A DNA stretch of 64,000 nucleotides, taken from the NCBI GenBank assembly GCA_005400705.1, contig GCA_005400705.1_4079.1. The stretch is one strand, 5' to 3'. Below are positions 34,637 to 52,898 of this stretch, one piece after another. A program made the translations under genes and the position numbers. Numbering within the stretch: position 1 is the first letter of the stretch; every line of letters begins with the position of its first letter. The stretch comes from Escherichia coli. GTDB taxonomy: Bacteria > Pseudomonadota > Gammaproteobacteria > Enterobacterales > Enterobacteriaceae. The notes beneath the pieces were generated by a model. It saw only the letters and a list, made by a program, of their open reading frames with translations. It did not search any database and was not told the DNA's origin.

Positions 34637-35761
34637 ATGTCAGTTTTCAAAATTAATGAGAAGTCTCACCTAGAAAAGAATATGTTTTTTGATGAAAGTG
34701 TTGATATCCAACGCTTTGAAAGTAACAAATACTCTACACTTGAAAAACTAACAGAACAACAGAAAAGTTTCTTCTGGACACCAGGTGAAGTTGACGTATC
34801 TAAAGATAAAATTGATTTTGCTAACCTCAATGATTCTGAGAAGCATATCTTTACATCAAACTTAAAACGTCAAATCCTTCTTGATTCAGTTCAAGGTCGT
34901 GGTCCTAACCTAATGCTACTACCATATGCATCTCTACCTGAACTTGAAAACTTTATTGAAACATGGGCGTTCTTTGAAGGTGCTATTCATAGTAAATCAT
35001 ATACACATATTATTCGTAACATTTATCCTAATCCATCTGAAGTTTTTGATACTATGTTGGACATTCCAGAAATCACTGATTGTGCTGCTGATGTTTCAAA
35101 ATACTATGATGACCTTGATGAACTCGGAACATTGTATCGTGCATTGGGTGAAGGCACTCATACTGTTAATGGTAAAACTATTGAAATTAATATGTATGAC
35201 CTAAAGAAAAAACTATGGTTATGTTTGAATAGTATTAACATTCTTGAAGGTGTTCGTTTCTATGCTAGTTTTGCTTGTTCATGGGCATTTGCAGAGAACA
35301 ACCTCATGGAAGGTAATGCAAAGATTATCCGTCTAATTTGTCGTGATGAAAACCTTCATCTAGCAGCAACACAAATGATTTTACGTCTTCTAAAGAAAGA
35401 AGATCCAGATATGGTAAAAATTGCCGAAGAGTGCTATGATGAAGTACTGGAAATGTTTATGTCTGCTATTCGACAAGAAGAAGCCTGGGCAGATTTCCTC
35501 TTTAAAGATGGTTCTATTATTGGATTGAACTCTGAAATTCTTAAACAGTATGTCCGCTGGATTGGTTCTAAGCGTATGACGGCACTTGGTATCAAATGTC
35601 CATATACTGTATCCAAGAGTAACCCACTACCGTGGACTGAACACTGGGTAAGTGGTAGTTCTGTACAGGTAGCACCACAAGAAACTGAAATCAGTTCTTA
35701 TATTATTGGTGGTATTGTGAATGATATCCAAGTAGATACATTCACACCATTCAAACTATAA
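34637..35761 (+). CDS. nrdB: ribonucleotide reductase small subunit
   Basis: Ferritin-like ExxH pairs (EGAIHSKSYTHII; RDENLHL); follows nrdA. Confidence 0.85.
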   Translation: MSVFKINEKSHLEKNMFFDESVDIQRFESNKYSTLEKLTEQQKSFFWTPGEVDVSKDKIDFANLNDSEKHIFTSNLKRQILLDSVQGRGPNLMLLPYASLPELENFIETWAFFEGAIHSKSYTHIIRNIYPNPSEVFDTMLDIPEITDCAADVSKYYDDLDELGTLYRALGEGTHTVNGKTIEINMYDLKKKLWLCLNSINILEGVRFYASFACSWAFAENNLMEGNAKIIRLICRDENLHLAATQMILRLLKKEDPDMVKIAEECYDEVLEMFMSAIRQEEAWADFLFKDGSIIGLNSEILKQYVRWIGSKRMTALGIKCPYTVSKSNPLPWTEHWVSGSSVQVAPQETEISSYIIGGIVNDIQVDTFTPFKL

Positions 35762-35773
35762 ATTCAAACTAAC

Positions 35774-35798
35774 AGGGATTCTATGAATCCCTTTTCTT
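35774..35798 (+). terminator. rho-independent terminator
   Basis: agggattc-tat-gaatccct + TTTTC. Confidence 0.55.
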
Positions 35799-35811
35799 AT
35801 GGGTATAATAT

Positions 35812-37412
<1,601 letters not shown>

Positions 37413-37419
37413 TAAAAAA

Positions 37420-37446
37420 GGAGCAACAAAATGTTGCTCCTTTTAT
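37420..37446. terminator. bidirectional terminator between convergent genes
   Basis: ggagcaaca-aaat-gttgctcc flanked by A- and T-tracts. Confidence 0.6.
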
Positions 37447-37447
37447 T

Positions 37448-38850
<1,403 letters not shown>

Positions 38851-38935
38851 TGTTAATCTCCAATCTTATTGTTATTTTTATAAAGTATTTACCCATTTTT
38901 ACGTTTTACATAGATTATATGGAGAAAGAAGTAAT

Positions 38936-40238
<1,303 letters not shown>

Positions 40239-40265
40239 CTTGAAATGTAAAAATCAGTCGAGGGA

Positions 40266-41609
40266 ATGATGAGTAAAATTAAGCTTACGGATAAGCAACA
40301 AGAAATCTTTGATGATTTTATAGATCGTGTTTACAACTATGCAGGTAAGACCATTTCGGTTTTGTCTGCCCCAGCAGGAACTGGAAAAACATTCACTACT
40401 GCTGAGATTGTAAAAGCACTATGTAAAAACTATAATATTGCAGTAACTTCACCTACACATAAAGCCAATGCTGTTATTCGTAATATGCTAATCAATAATG
40501 CTGGTCTTACTAAGGAAGATGCACAAGTTAGTACAATACACTCTTTTTTAGGACTAAAATTAGTATATGAAAAGAATCGTCAAGTACTGAAACATGATCC
40601 CCAAAGTAAAGTTAGTAATACTAACGTTGACATTCTTATTGTTGATGAGTGTAGTATGATTTCAGAAGAATTATTCCAACATATTCAGGATCAATTGTGG
40701 CGTGTCCGTCGAGCAGTTTTATTCATTGGTGATCGTTGTCAATTGCCCCCAGTTGAGTCCGAAGGTACAATGGGAGAGACTAAATTGTCTCCTACGTTTG
40801 ATGTACCTGTTCAATATGAGTTAACTGAGGTTTTACGTCAAGCATTGGATAATCCGATTTTGGCAGTTGCAACTGCTATTCGAGAGTGTATTGGGACTAG
40901 TAAAAATCCATTTGATATTATGCATCAGACATATGGTTTAAGCACTATTACACCTATTGATGATGAAGATTTATTTTTAGATGTTTATCGTGAATTTATT
41001 ATGGAAAACAAGGGTTCATCTAAAAAAATATTTGATTTCGTAAATGAAAATAAAATCTTAGCATATACTAACTATCGAGTTAATTTGGCTAATATTTACA
41101 TTAGAAGTCAACTATTTGAAGTACCAGATGAATTTACTAAAGGTGAACCAATTGTTTTTGAAAGCATAACTGAGAATAGTCCATATGTAGTACAACAAAT
41201 TATACAATGTCCTGAAGTGAAACGTGAAAGTTTTATGGGGATTGATTGTTGGCAATTCCGTTTACCTAATGGTAGTTATATTTTAGGCGTAGGACCAGAA
41301 ACAAGAATTGCAATGGACGAAAAACTAGATAAACTTGTTAAGGATATTGAGAAAAAAGAAATAAATCCATTGACAAAGAAACCATATATGTGGCAGGATT
41401 ACTATGTAATAAAGAATAAATTGCATATTATCAATTATCCTTACGCAACAACTGTTCATAAATCGCAAGGAAGTACTTTTGATAACATTTGGTTTGATAC
41501 TGATTTTATTGAACGTATTGGTACAAATGATACTAAGTGTAGAATTTTATACACTGCCATGACACGTCCACGTTATAGTGTTATGTTGAGACAAAATGCA
41601 CGATTCTAA
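40266..41609 (+). CDS. SF1 DNA helicase (Dda/RecD-like)
   Basis: Walker A APAGTGKTF; VDECSM; GDRCQLPPV; C-terminal TVHKSQGSTF. Confidence 0.75.
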   Translation: MMSKIKLTDKQQEIFDDFIDRVYNYAGKTISVLSAPAGTGKTFTTAEIVKALCKNYNIAVTSPTHKANAVIRNMLINNAGLTKEDAQVSTIHSFLGLKLVYEKNRQVLKHDPQSKVSNTNVDILIVDECSMISEELFQHIQDQLWRVRRAVLFIGDRCQLPPVESEGTMGETKLSPTFDVPVQYELTEVLRQALDNPILAVATAIRECIGTSKNPFDIMHQTYGLSTITPIDDEDLFLDVYREFIMENKGSSKKIFDFVNENKILAYTNYRVNLANIYIRSQLFEVPDEFTKGEPIVFESITENSPYVVQQIIQCPEVKRESFMGIDCWQFRLPNGSYILGVGPETRIAMDEKLDKLVKDIEKKEINPLTKKPYMWQDYYVIKNKLHIINYPYATTVHKSQGSTFDNIWFDTDFIERIGTNDTKCRILYTAMTRPRYSVMLRQNARF

Positions 41610-41692
41610 AAGACTAAATGTTATACGTAAATATTTTTGATTTTTAATAATAAATAATCAAAAGTGTTTTGTATTATGGAGAAGAATATACA

Positions 41693-42259
41693 ATGAACAA
41701 TTTACTACAAGTATTTAAAATTGAAGTTGCAGGGACGAACCTAGATAATATCCCATATTATATGTATGGTGATTATGATTCATCTTCCCCAACAACCGCA
41801 CCGACTGACCAGCAAACTATTGATAAGTCAATTGCACTTTTGCGTTACCTACAACTTTCTCGTTTGCTTTCAACTTATTCAGTACCAGTTTATAGCAATG
41901 TTGAATTTGCTACACCAGGAACTGCAAAAACGATCCCAACTGGTGCAACAATCACTGTTGGATATATTAGTTATCAACCTTTTCTTAGTACTTTGAGTGT
42001 TGCAGAGCAAGCAGCACTAACTAGTGAAGATATGAAAACAGCAAAAGCTGCTGAGATTATCCAAACACTAATCAATGATTCATTGAAAGGTAATGGCACT
42101 AATGCACTAGAAAATGAAGAAATTACTGTACAAAAAACCATACAACGTATCAAGAATGCTCTTACTACGAGTACTGTTGATTTCATTGAGTATGAGAACG
42201 TGTATCTTAATGTTCCTTCTGTTTCTGATGCATCTGTAGTATCTTACGTTAAATTATAA
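41693..42259 (+). CDS. hypothetical protein
   Basis: S/T/A-rich ORF with GGAG RBS. Confidence 0.45.
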   Translation: MNNLLQVFKIEVAGTNLDNIPYYMYGDYDSSSPTTAPTDQQTIDKSIALLRYLQLSRLLSTYSVPVYSNVEFATPGTAKTIPTGATITVGYISYQPFLSTLSVAEQAALTSEDMKTAKAAEIIQTLINDSLKGNGTNALENEEITVQKTIQRIKNALTTSTVDFIEYENVYLNVPSVSDASVVSYVKL

Positions 42260-42282
42260 TTTTATAACATGGAGTTCTTGAC

Positions 42283-42477
42283 ATGACTGACAAAACATTT
42301 TATGATCGTATTATTGAAGACAAGGGAGTTTTTGATAAGGTAGTTTATGACCTAGAACTTATGATCAAAGACGCACCGAACCCCCGTGTGCGAACCCAAG
42401 CAGAATTTGCAAAAACTTATCTTGTTCAAGTTCAAGCAATCTGTGAAGCAATTAAAAAACACAATGATAGTGCTTGA
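42283..42477 (+). CDS. hypothetical small protein
   Basis: 64-aa ORF; stop lies within -35 of next promoter. Confidence 0.4.
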   Translation: MTDKTFYDRIIEDKGVFDKVVYDLELMIKDAPNPRVRTQAEFAKTYLVQVQAICEAIKKHNDSA

Positions 42478-42502
42478 CAGAACTAATGTTCTATCCTATA
42501 AT
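42474..42502 (+). promoter_or_regulatory. consensus sigma70-type promoter (TTGACA-17-TATAAT)
   Basis: TTGACA 42474-42479, 17-nt spacer, TATAAT 42497-42502; drives IF3/ClpS-like genes. Confidence 0.55.
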
Positions 42503-42546
42503 TACTATCGAACAAAACATTAAAATCATATTGGAGCTTTTATTAC

Positions 42547-43609
<1,063 letters not shown>

Positions 43610-43620
43610 AATATAGACTT

Positions 43621-45786
<2,166 letters not shown>

Positions 45787-45787
<1 letters not shown>

Positions 45788-46578
45788 TGCCAAGTAAGAG
45801 TAAAAGTCAGGCTAAATTCTTCGCAGCCGCCGCACACAATCCAGAATTTGCAAAGAAAGCTGGAATTTCACAAAGTGCTGCTAAAGAATGGAATGCCGCT
45901 GATGAAAAGGAAGGAAATCTTAAAAAAAGTTCTAAACTTCCTAATAAAGTAAAAGAAGCAAGTATGCGTAGTTTAGTCGATATTGTACAAGATGCAGAAT
46001 TAGCTGATACAGACGACAGAACTTGTGATATAATGGATTCATGTGAAGACGACAAAGATAAGTTGGATGAAATGCCACAACGTTTCGATAGTTTTCAAGG
46101 TCAAGACCGAGACGAGTTTGTCGATAAAACTGCCGAAATGACAGGTAAGCACAACATGGTTAAGTTCGCAGAACATAAAGACTATGATGTATATATGAAC
46201 AAAAACGGTACTGGATTTATCGCTTACGATAAGTCTGGTAAACAGCTTGCTATAGTTAGTGGGCATTTATCCAATGATGCAGTACTTGGTGTTCAAAACG
46301 TTTTTGAAATTGCCGCAACTGCATCTAAAACTGGAACTAAAGGTATAATTTATAATATTTTTATGGATATGATATCACATGGTATTAAAGTTCTGAGTGA
46401 TAGTCTGCATACTGATGATGCAATTAAATTCTGGACCCGTTTAATTGGTTCCCATCAAGTTTATATTGTTGGTGGTGGTGAAGTACTTGCAAAGGCGAGT
46501 CCAGATAAGGTTCATAAGTACTGGAGTGATGATGAATCAAGTCCAAGTGCCGAACTTCAACTTATGTTAGTAAAATAA
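45787..46578 (+). CDS. hypothetical protein
   Basis: 263 aa; N-terminal SKSQAKFFAAAAHNPEFAKKAGISQSAAKEW motif. Confidence 0.45.
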
Positions 46579-46582
46579 TAAT

Positions 46583-46615
46583 ATATCGGGACAAATCGTT
46601 CCGATATTTTTTTTG
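46583..46615 (+). terminator. rho-independent terminator
   Basis: tatcgg...ccgata hairpin + TTTTTTTT. Confidence 0.5.
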
Positions 46616-46633
46616 AGACAAACAAAACATTGG

Positions 46634-46642
46634 TGATACAAT
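46634..46642 (+). promoter_or_regulatory. extended -10 promoter (TGaTACAAT)
   Basis: ggtgatacaat upstream of topoisomerase gene. Confidence 0.4.
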
Positions 46643-46676
46643 GTTTTATGACAAAGAGACATGATAAGGAATTCAA

Positions 46677-48641
46677 ATGGCTAAGAAAGAAAGTGCTGTT
46701 CTACAGGAACATGATGTTCAACGACTAAATGATTATCAACATGCTCGTTTGCGTACCGAGATGTATCTTGGTTCTCGTTCAGTGCATGAAAGTCAAGTAC
46801 TGATTTTTGGCGAATCAGGTTATGAGGTTAAGAACGTAGAATGGGTTCCTGCAATTCTTACTGCTACACGTGAAATTATTGATAACAGCTTAGATGAATT
46901 TAAAAAAGCTGGAACCAAAGAACCTGTTTTGAAAGTTGATTTCAATGAAGAAGAACTATCATTTGAAATTAGTGACAATGGACGTGGTATTCCAATTGAT
47001 TATGTTCCAGAGTATCAGAAAAACTTGTGTACTATGGTAATGACTGAAACAAAAACAGGCCGTAACTTTGACGATTCAAAACGTGATGAAACGATTGGTC
47101 AGAATGGTTTAGGTGGTTCTGTTGCAATGATTGTCAGTTCTAAGGCAGAGTTAGAAATTCATCGCCAAGGTCGTCCGTATAAAACACAAAGTAGTAATGA
47201 TGGTTATGATGGGTTTTATAAGTTCAATCAGAAGTTTGAGGAAGGAACTATTATGTTCCCTGAGCTTCATGTACACGAACCTACTATTAGAAAGGTACAA
47301 ACCGATAAAACTGGAACAACAATTCGTTTTACTTTGAGTAAAGAAGTTTTTCCAAACAGAAAACTACCAACCGAATTACTTTATAGTATTCTTAAAGAAA
47401 TGGCAGCAGCTAACCCAACTTATAAAATCTTTCTGAACGGGAAACGTATTGCTATTAAAGGAAACACTGAAAAAGCACTCTTCAATGCATCTAAATTAAT
47501 GCAGTTGAATGTTAAAGATGATTCATTCAATTTTAACAGTACTTTTTATATTGTTCCTAATGCAGTAGCTGGCATGAACACGAATTTCCATATGCATGGG
47601 TTGGTTAACAATGCTCCTGCATTTGATGGTGGTACACATCTTGATACATTCAAGAAATTCTTCTCACTCGGTGTAGGAACTGCACTAGAGAAAGAATCTA
47701 AGAAACGTAGGATGAAACCTAATCGTTCTGATATTGAAGAAGGTTTGTTGATTTATAATGTCACAACTATGAAAGCACCTTCATTCAACTCACAGATTAA
47801 ATCTAAACTAACTAATGAAAACGTAATCCGTCCAATTCAACAAGCTATGAGTACCGAATGGTTTGATGAATTAGTTAAGAAGAACAAAGAATGGGTTGAT
47901 GAAATCTTCGAACGTTGTGCTGCCCGTACAAATAAGAAAGATGCAGAAGAAGATCGTCGCCTAGCAAAGAAACTTCTAAAAGGTAAAGTTGCAAAACTAT
48001 TGGATAGTACTGGAACAGACCGTTCACAGTGTATTCTATTGATTGCAGAAGGTGACTCTGCAATTTCCAACATGGCTAGTGCTCGTATACCAAGTATTCA
48101 TGGTATTCTACCATTGCGTGGGAAAATTATGAACGTCAGTGGTACTGAGAAAACCAAAGAATTAATGGATTCAATGGCTTTACATGATATAATGGCTAGT
48201 ATCAACTTAGTTCCAGGTGTTAAAGCAGAACGTTCTGAACTAAACTATGGTAAGCTTTACATCTGTGCTGATGAAGATGAAGATGGGAAGAACATTGGTG
48301 CTCTAGTGTGTAACTTCTTATTTAAATTCTGGCCTGAATTGTTTCAAGACCCAGAAAATCCATTTGTGTATGTATTCAAAACACCATTTATCATTCTTGA
48401 GAAAGGTAAAGAATCAAAATACTACTATGGTCATAATGTGCATGAATATAACCCAGATGATTGGAAAGGCTGGAAAGCAACGCGTGCAAAAGGTTTAGGA
48501 ACTTTAGAAAAAGCAAACTTCCGTGATGCATTCACTAATAGTGTTGCAGTAGCGATCACCGATGATGGACGTCTTGGAGAAACTCTTGATTTGATTTTCA
48601 ACAAGAAACGTGCAGATGATCGTAAGAACTGGATGGAATAA
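46677..48641 (+). CDS. DNA topoisomerase II large subunit (GyrB-like ATPase + Toprim; T4 gp39-like)
   Basis: GHKL N-box EIIDNSLDE; GLGG; Toprim LIAEGDSA and ICADEDEDG. Confidence 0.85.
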   Translation: MAKKESAVLQEHDVQRLNDYQHARLRTEMYLGSRSVHESQVLIFGESGYEVKNVEWVPAILTATREIIDNSLDEFKKAGTKEPVLKVDFNEEELSFEISDNGRGIPIDYVPEYQKNLCTMVMTETKTGRNFDDSKRDETIGQNGLGGSVAMIVSSKAELEIHRQGRPYKTQSSNDGYDGFYKFNQKFEEGTIMFPELHVHEPTIRKVQTDKTGTTIRFTLSKEVFPNRKLPTELLYSILKEMAAANPTYKIFLNGKRIAIKGNTEKALFNASKLMQLNVKDDSFNFNSTFYIVPNAVAGMNTNFHMHGLVNNAPAFDGGTHLDTFKKFFSLGVGTALEKESKKRRMKPNRSDIEEGLLIYNVTTMKAPSFNSQIKSKLTNENVIRPIQQAMSTEWFDELVKKNKEWVDEIFERCAARTNKKDAEEDRRLAKKLLKGKVAKLLDSTGTDRSQCILLIAEGDSAISNMASARIPSIHGILPLRGKIMNVSGTEKTKELMDSMALHDIMASINLVPGVKAERSELNYGKLYICADEDEDGKNIGALVCNFLFKFWPELFQDPENPFVYVFKTPFIILEKGKESKYYYGHNVHEYNPDDWKGWKATRAKGLGTLEKANFRDAFTNSVAVAITDDGRLGETLDLIFNKKRADDRKNWME

Positions 48642-48652
48642 TATAGACTAAT

Positions 48653-48675
48653 GGGGAACATGGTGTTCCCCTTTT
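48653..48675 (+). terminator. rho-independent terminator
   Basis: ggggaaca-tgg-tgttcccc + TTTT (same hairpin type as 5032-5050). Confidence 0.55.
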
Positions 48676-48691
48676 ACCAAGAGACAATGGA

Positions 48692-50104
48692 ATGGCTAAA
48701 AGTAAAAAAACAGAAAATCATAATATCGATAACCAAACACTAACTCTACTAGATTATAACAGTTCTGATTATGTGAATACAACATCACTAGAATATTCGA
48801 TGTATACACTAGACCGTGCTATTCCTGGAATTGATGGTCTAAAGAGTTCACAACGTAAAGCAATCTTCACATTATCTAAAATTAGTGGGGAAATTAAAAC
48901 AGTATCATGTGCTGGAAAAATGATTAGTGATGGTATCTATCTTCATGGGGACATGTCAGCATCAGGAACACTTCAAAATCTAGCATCTCCAGTAGCTAAC
49001 AACTATCCTCTTATTGGAAAACGTGGTGGTTTTGGTACACAAGTAAACAGTACACCAGCATCTGCTCGTTACACTTATGTTAAAAAGAATAAGAGTACTG
49101 AGATGCTTGTTTTGCGTGATGCTGATATTATACCAATGAAAGAGAACTATGACGGGACAACATATGAACCTGTTCATTTCTTGCCTATTATTCCATTATC
49201 ATTGTTTGGTAATGATAGTATGTCAGTTGGTTATAAGAGTACAATTCTACCACATAAAATTGAAGATATTATTGATAATTGCATTCGTGCTATTGATAAA
49301 AAACCACTAAAAGAAATGACCCCATATTATGTTTCATGTGGTGCAAGTGATGTTGTGACTAAGCTTGATGAAAATAAGTATGAATTCTATGGTAAAGCTG
49401 AGGTTATTGATGCAAGCACTGTTAAAGTAACAGGCTTACCACCTAATTACAGTATTGAGAAATTCATCGAAAAACTAATCAAAATGAGTGATGATGGTGA
49501 GATTCGTGATTATGACAATGATAGTACTGATGTAATTGATATTACCATTAAACTTCCACGTGGAACGTCAGCTAAATGGACAGAGATGGATGTTATTGAG
49601 TATTTTGGCATTAACAAAAAAATGACTCAACATTTAACTGTTCTAGGTGAAAATGGCAAAGTGAAAGTTTACGATACTACGATGGATTTGATTAAAGACT
49701 TCGTTGATTTCCGTTTCAAATATTACATCAAGCGTTATGAAAAGAAACTTGATGATTGTGCTGCTGAAGTTCGTTATAAAATTCTAATTAAAGAATGTTT
49801 CGATAATGATATGATTGCTAAGGTAAAAGGATTTGCAAACCGTGCTGAAATGGTTGAATTCGTTAAATCGTTAAATACCGAAATTGAAGCAACGGAAGAG
49901 AATATTCAAAGCATTGTAAACTTCCCTTCATATCGCTGGACGCAAGATAATTATCAATCAGTACTACAAGATATTCAAGATAATCTTGATTTGATGGATA
50001 AGTACAATGAACTGTTATCTAATCATGACTTAATTTGGGACATTTATAAATCTGAACTAAAAGAACTAAGAAAGATTGACTTTACTCCTAAATCAGACAA
50101 TTGA
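48692..50104 (+). CDS. DNA topoisomerase II medium subunit (GyrA-like; T4 gp52-like)
   Basis: AIPGIDGLKSSQRKAIF (cf. GyrA DGLKPVHRR); follows large subunit. Confidence 0.8.
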   Translation: MAKSKKTENHNIDNQTLTLLDYNSSDYVNTTSLEYSMYTLDRAIPGIDGLKSSQRKAIFTLSKISGEIKTVSCAGKMISDGIYLHGDMSASGTLQNLASPVANNYPLIGKRGGFGTQVNSTPASARYTYVKKNKSTEMLVLRDADIIPMKENYDGTTYEPVHFLPIIPLSLFGNDSMSVGYKSTILPHKIEDIIDNCIRAIDKKPLKEMTPYYVSCGASDVVTKLDENKYEFYGKAEVIDASTVKVTGLPPNYSIEKFIEKLIKMSDDGEIRDYDNDSTDVIDITIKLPRGTSAKWTEMDVIEYFGINKKMTQHLTVLGENGKVKVYDTTMDLIKDFVDFRFKYYIKRYEKKLDDCAAEVRYKILIKECFDNDMIAKVKGFANRAEMVEFVKSLNTEIEATEENIQSIVNFPSYRWTQDNYQSVLQDIQDNLDLMDKYNELLSNHDLIWDIYKSELKELRKIDFTPKSDN

Positions 50105-50114
50105 TATATTTAAT

Positions 50115-50140
50115 GGAAGACCTTATGGGTCTTCCTTGTC
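50115..50140 (+). terminator. terminator hairpin
   Basis: ggaagacc-ttat-gggtcttcc. Confidence 0.45.
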
Positions 50141-50145
50141 CTTTA

Positions 50146-50153
50146 TATAAATA
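50146..50153 (+). promoter_or_regulatory. T4-type late promoter motif TATAAATA
   Basis: Exact TATAAATA about 40 nt upstream of ATG 50192. Confidence 0.4.
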
Positions 50154-50191
50154 ATCTATAGATAATGGCAGCTTGGCTATGGAGAATTATA

Positions 50192-52585
50192 ATGACAACT
50201 TTTACCCCACGATGGGATATAAAAGCCGATGCTCGATATATACAAGAAGGACAAGACATTCTTGTGCGTTTGAGTATCAATAAAGAAAGCACAACGGATG
50301 ATAGCTATGTATTAAATGAAGATGAATACTTAGAAATGATTCTTAACATACAATGCTTGGATAGTTCAGGTGCTGTATTTGATCCAGAACCACATTATAC
50401 TTTTTATGTTGGTAATGACGAAAATACTTTTGTTCCTATTTCAGATGGTACAACTGGTAATAAATTAGTAAATGGTAAGCATAAGTGTAAAATCAGCAAA
50501 AATGAATTTAACTTATCTGCAAGTACTAATAGTGAAGATGTTTATTTTATAAAAATTCATTGTAAAAATGATGGAACCTATAATAATACAGAAATTATAA
50601 ATTTTTATTTACAAGCAGTAAATGTTATGTATTTTGGAAATATTTCACCAAGTGGTGTTCTAGGATTAACTGATACATCAATAACATATGATAGTCAAGA
50701 AGTTTGGGTTACACCCGGAGTTGAGATTGGTGATGACAAAAAGCTTTATTGTATTGGTGATGTTGAGTATGGCTCCAACAGTACATTGTTCGTTCAAGGA
50801 TTTGGAAGAAGACGACCTTTCATTTTGGGTACTGACATGACTACTGATATTACACCTCGTGTCTTTTTTCCAGCATATCGTTTGATTGACATGGATATTT
50901 CTGAAGTTCCAGATAAACATATTACGAATGATTTCGCAGTATTCAAGCCAGCACAATCAACATGGCCTATTTCTGGTATAAACAAAGAAGTAAAAGTTAA
51001 TATTCAAAATAGAAATGGTAATTTAATTGACACTGGAATGGTGTTCAACCCAAATGGGCAATTATTGCAAACATTTTTATATGACTCAGATGCTTGTGAT
51101 GCATATTTTAAAGTTGAGATTGTTGATATATTAAGTACATACACCGAAGAAAGTGAAAGGTTTGCTATCAATCAACGATATAAAGCATATCAAATGTGGG
51201 TTTGTCCTGAAGACATAGATACTATATATTCTATTTCAGAAAAACCACTACCCAATCATTTATATCAATTAAAAGATAATGTTGTGTATCCATACGTAAT
51301 TAGTGGTGAATACGATAATGGAACAATTAAGCCCGTTTATGATAGTAGTGATTGGATTGATTTAGGATATTATGACTCTACTCTTGGTGATAATATCATT
51401 GGTATGCAAAAAATGTTCAGGGTTTTGATAAACGCAGAAGAAGGTAATAATATAAACTTTATTACTGATAGTGATTTAGGAACCATACATGTTGGTGAAT
51501 ATTTTGGAGACAGTATATATCCTAAAATTGAAACTGATAGCTCTAATCAAGTTTCGTATGTTTTAGATGGTGGTGATGACATTAGAAAGTATGGGATAGA
51601 TTTGACACCAGATGGATATCTTGTAGGAACTGCATATGCCAAAAGTATTGATTTTAGTAAAAATGATGATATTAAATTATCGTTTTATGTTAAAGCATTT
51701 AGTACTGAAGGTGGTGAAGCAAGAAAAATATTTAACCTTAAGATTGTAAGAGGATTCGGACAGAATTATTTGAGTGCACATGTATTACCTTCGGTTGCAT
51801 TTGAGAGAGAATGGTTTAAATGTATAAGTACTTCATCATTCACTAATCAACTATTTTTCCGACAATCTGACAATAGATATGGTCTTCAGAAAATACCGAA
51901 GATGTTATTGAAAGAAAACTTCCTAAGTCAAACGTATCCATATACTAACCTTTCTGATATCAAGAAAGTATTGAGAAATAGTATAATTAACCCAAATGGA
52001 ACTACTATTCCAAATGGAAAATTTAAAATGGTAATGGGTAATTATAAAATAATATCAGCACTTGACAATCAAGGTAACTTACAATATGATCTATTATATA
52101 GAGAGGTTTTACCTGAAGGATCTTTAGTATCTGTATCCAAAAATCCACGTCAATATACTCAAATCGACAACGGTCAGCTTGGTGAATTATTTGGTTTACG
52201 ACAAAATATTTTTCAGGCTATTGGTGAAGACACAACCAACTTAGTAAAAGACCCAACCGATTTACAAAATCGTGGTCTATACGTTGATGCGATACCAAGT
52301 ATCAGTGATGAAATGCTTGATACGGTTCCAAGATTTATGAATCACCCATACATTGAAGATGGTATACAGAAAAAATTCATGCCTATCATTCCAGTTGCAT
52401 ATTGTCAACCAGGGAAAGGTGAAGCATTTTTCAACACTTTACTTCAGAACAATGAACATGGTACAATGGTAGGTGTAGAGTTCGAAATCACATCGGTTGA
52501 ATTCGGATACTTTTCGCATGAATCAGTGAATTATGTTTCAGATACATTTTTGATTACATTGCAAAACAATAACATAGGAGGTTAA
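50192..52585 (+). CDS. large beta-rich hypothetical protein (possible virion/tail-associated)
   Basis: 798 aa, N/G/T/S/Y-rich; GGAG RBS; late-type promoter; AT-rich codons. Confidence 0.55.
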   Translation: MTTFTPRWDIKADARYIQEGQDILVRLSINKESTTDDSYVLNEDEYLEMILNIQCLDSSGAVFDPEPHYTFYVGNDENTFVPISDGTTGNKLVNGKHKCKISKNEFNLSASTNSEDVYFIKIHCKNDGTYNNTEIINFYLQAVNVMYFGNISPSGVLGLTDTSITYDSQEVWVTPGVEIGDDKKLYCIGDVEYGSNSTLFVQGFGRRRPFILGTDMTTDITPRVFFPAYRLIDMDISEVPDKHITNDFAVFKPAQSTWPISGINKEVKVNIQNRNGNLIDTGMVFNPNGQLLQTFLYDSDACDAYFKVEIVDILSTYTEESERFAINQRYKAYQMWVCPEDIDTIYSISEKPLPNHLYQLKDNVVYPYVISGEYDNGTIKPVYDSSDWIDLGYYDSTLGDNIIGMQKMFRVLINAEEGNNINFITDSDLGTIHVGEYFGDSIYPKIETDSSNQVSYVLDGGDDIRKYGIDLTPDGYLVGTAYAKSIDFSKNDDIKLSFYVKAFSTEGGEARKIFNLKIVRGFGQNYLSAHVLPSVAFEREWFKCISTSSFTNQLFFRQSDNRYGLQKIPKMLLKENFLSQTYPYTNLSDIKKVLRNSIINPNGTTIPNGKFKMVMGNYKIISALDNQGNLQYDLLYREVLPEGSLVSVSKNPRQYTQIDNGQLGELFGLRQNIFQAIGEDTTNLVKDPTDLQNRGLYVDAIPSISDEMLDTVPRFMNHPYIEDGIQKKFMPIIPVAYCQPGKGEAFFNTLLQNNEHGTMVGVEFEITSVEFGYFSHESVNYVSDTFLITLQNNNIGG

Positions 52586-52586
52586 T

Positions 52587-52898
52587 ATGTTTAATCCGTT
52601 TTTTGACCCGTCTGGAATGACGGAAAAAGAACTACAGTTAAAAATTAATGAACAGTCTATGCGTTTAACTTCTGCTCGTGCTGCTGGCCTAAGCGACATG
52701 ATTATTGGTAATATGCAAACTGTCTTAAATCAATGTTATGCTGAACTAGAACTTCGCCAAGGACAAAAAGAAAAAACTGTTTATGACGAAGAAGACCCAT
52801 GTATCTTCGATATGGATTCATATCTAACTGACAACGAAGAGGCCCAGAAGAAGAAAAATGAAAGTACAAGGAAACAGATTTATAAGTCCCAATGGTGA
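52587..52898 (+). CDS. hypothetical protein
   Basis: 103-aa ORF overlapping next ORF by 41 nt. Confidence 0.35.
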   Translation: MFNPFFDPSGMTEKELQLKINEQSMRLTSARAAGLSDMIIGNMQTVLNQCYAELELRQGQKEKTVYDEEDPCIFDMDSYLTDNEEAQKKKNESTRKQIYKSQW

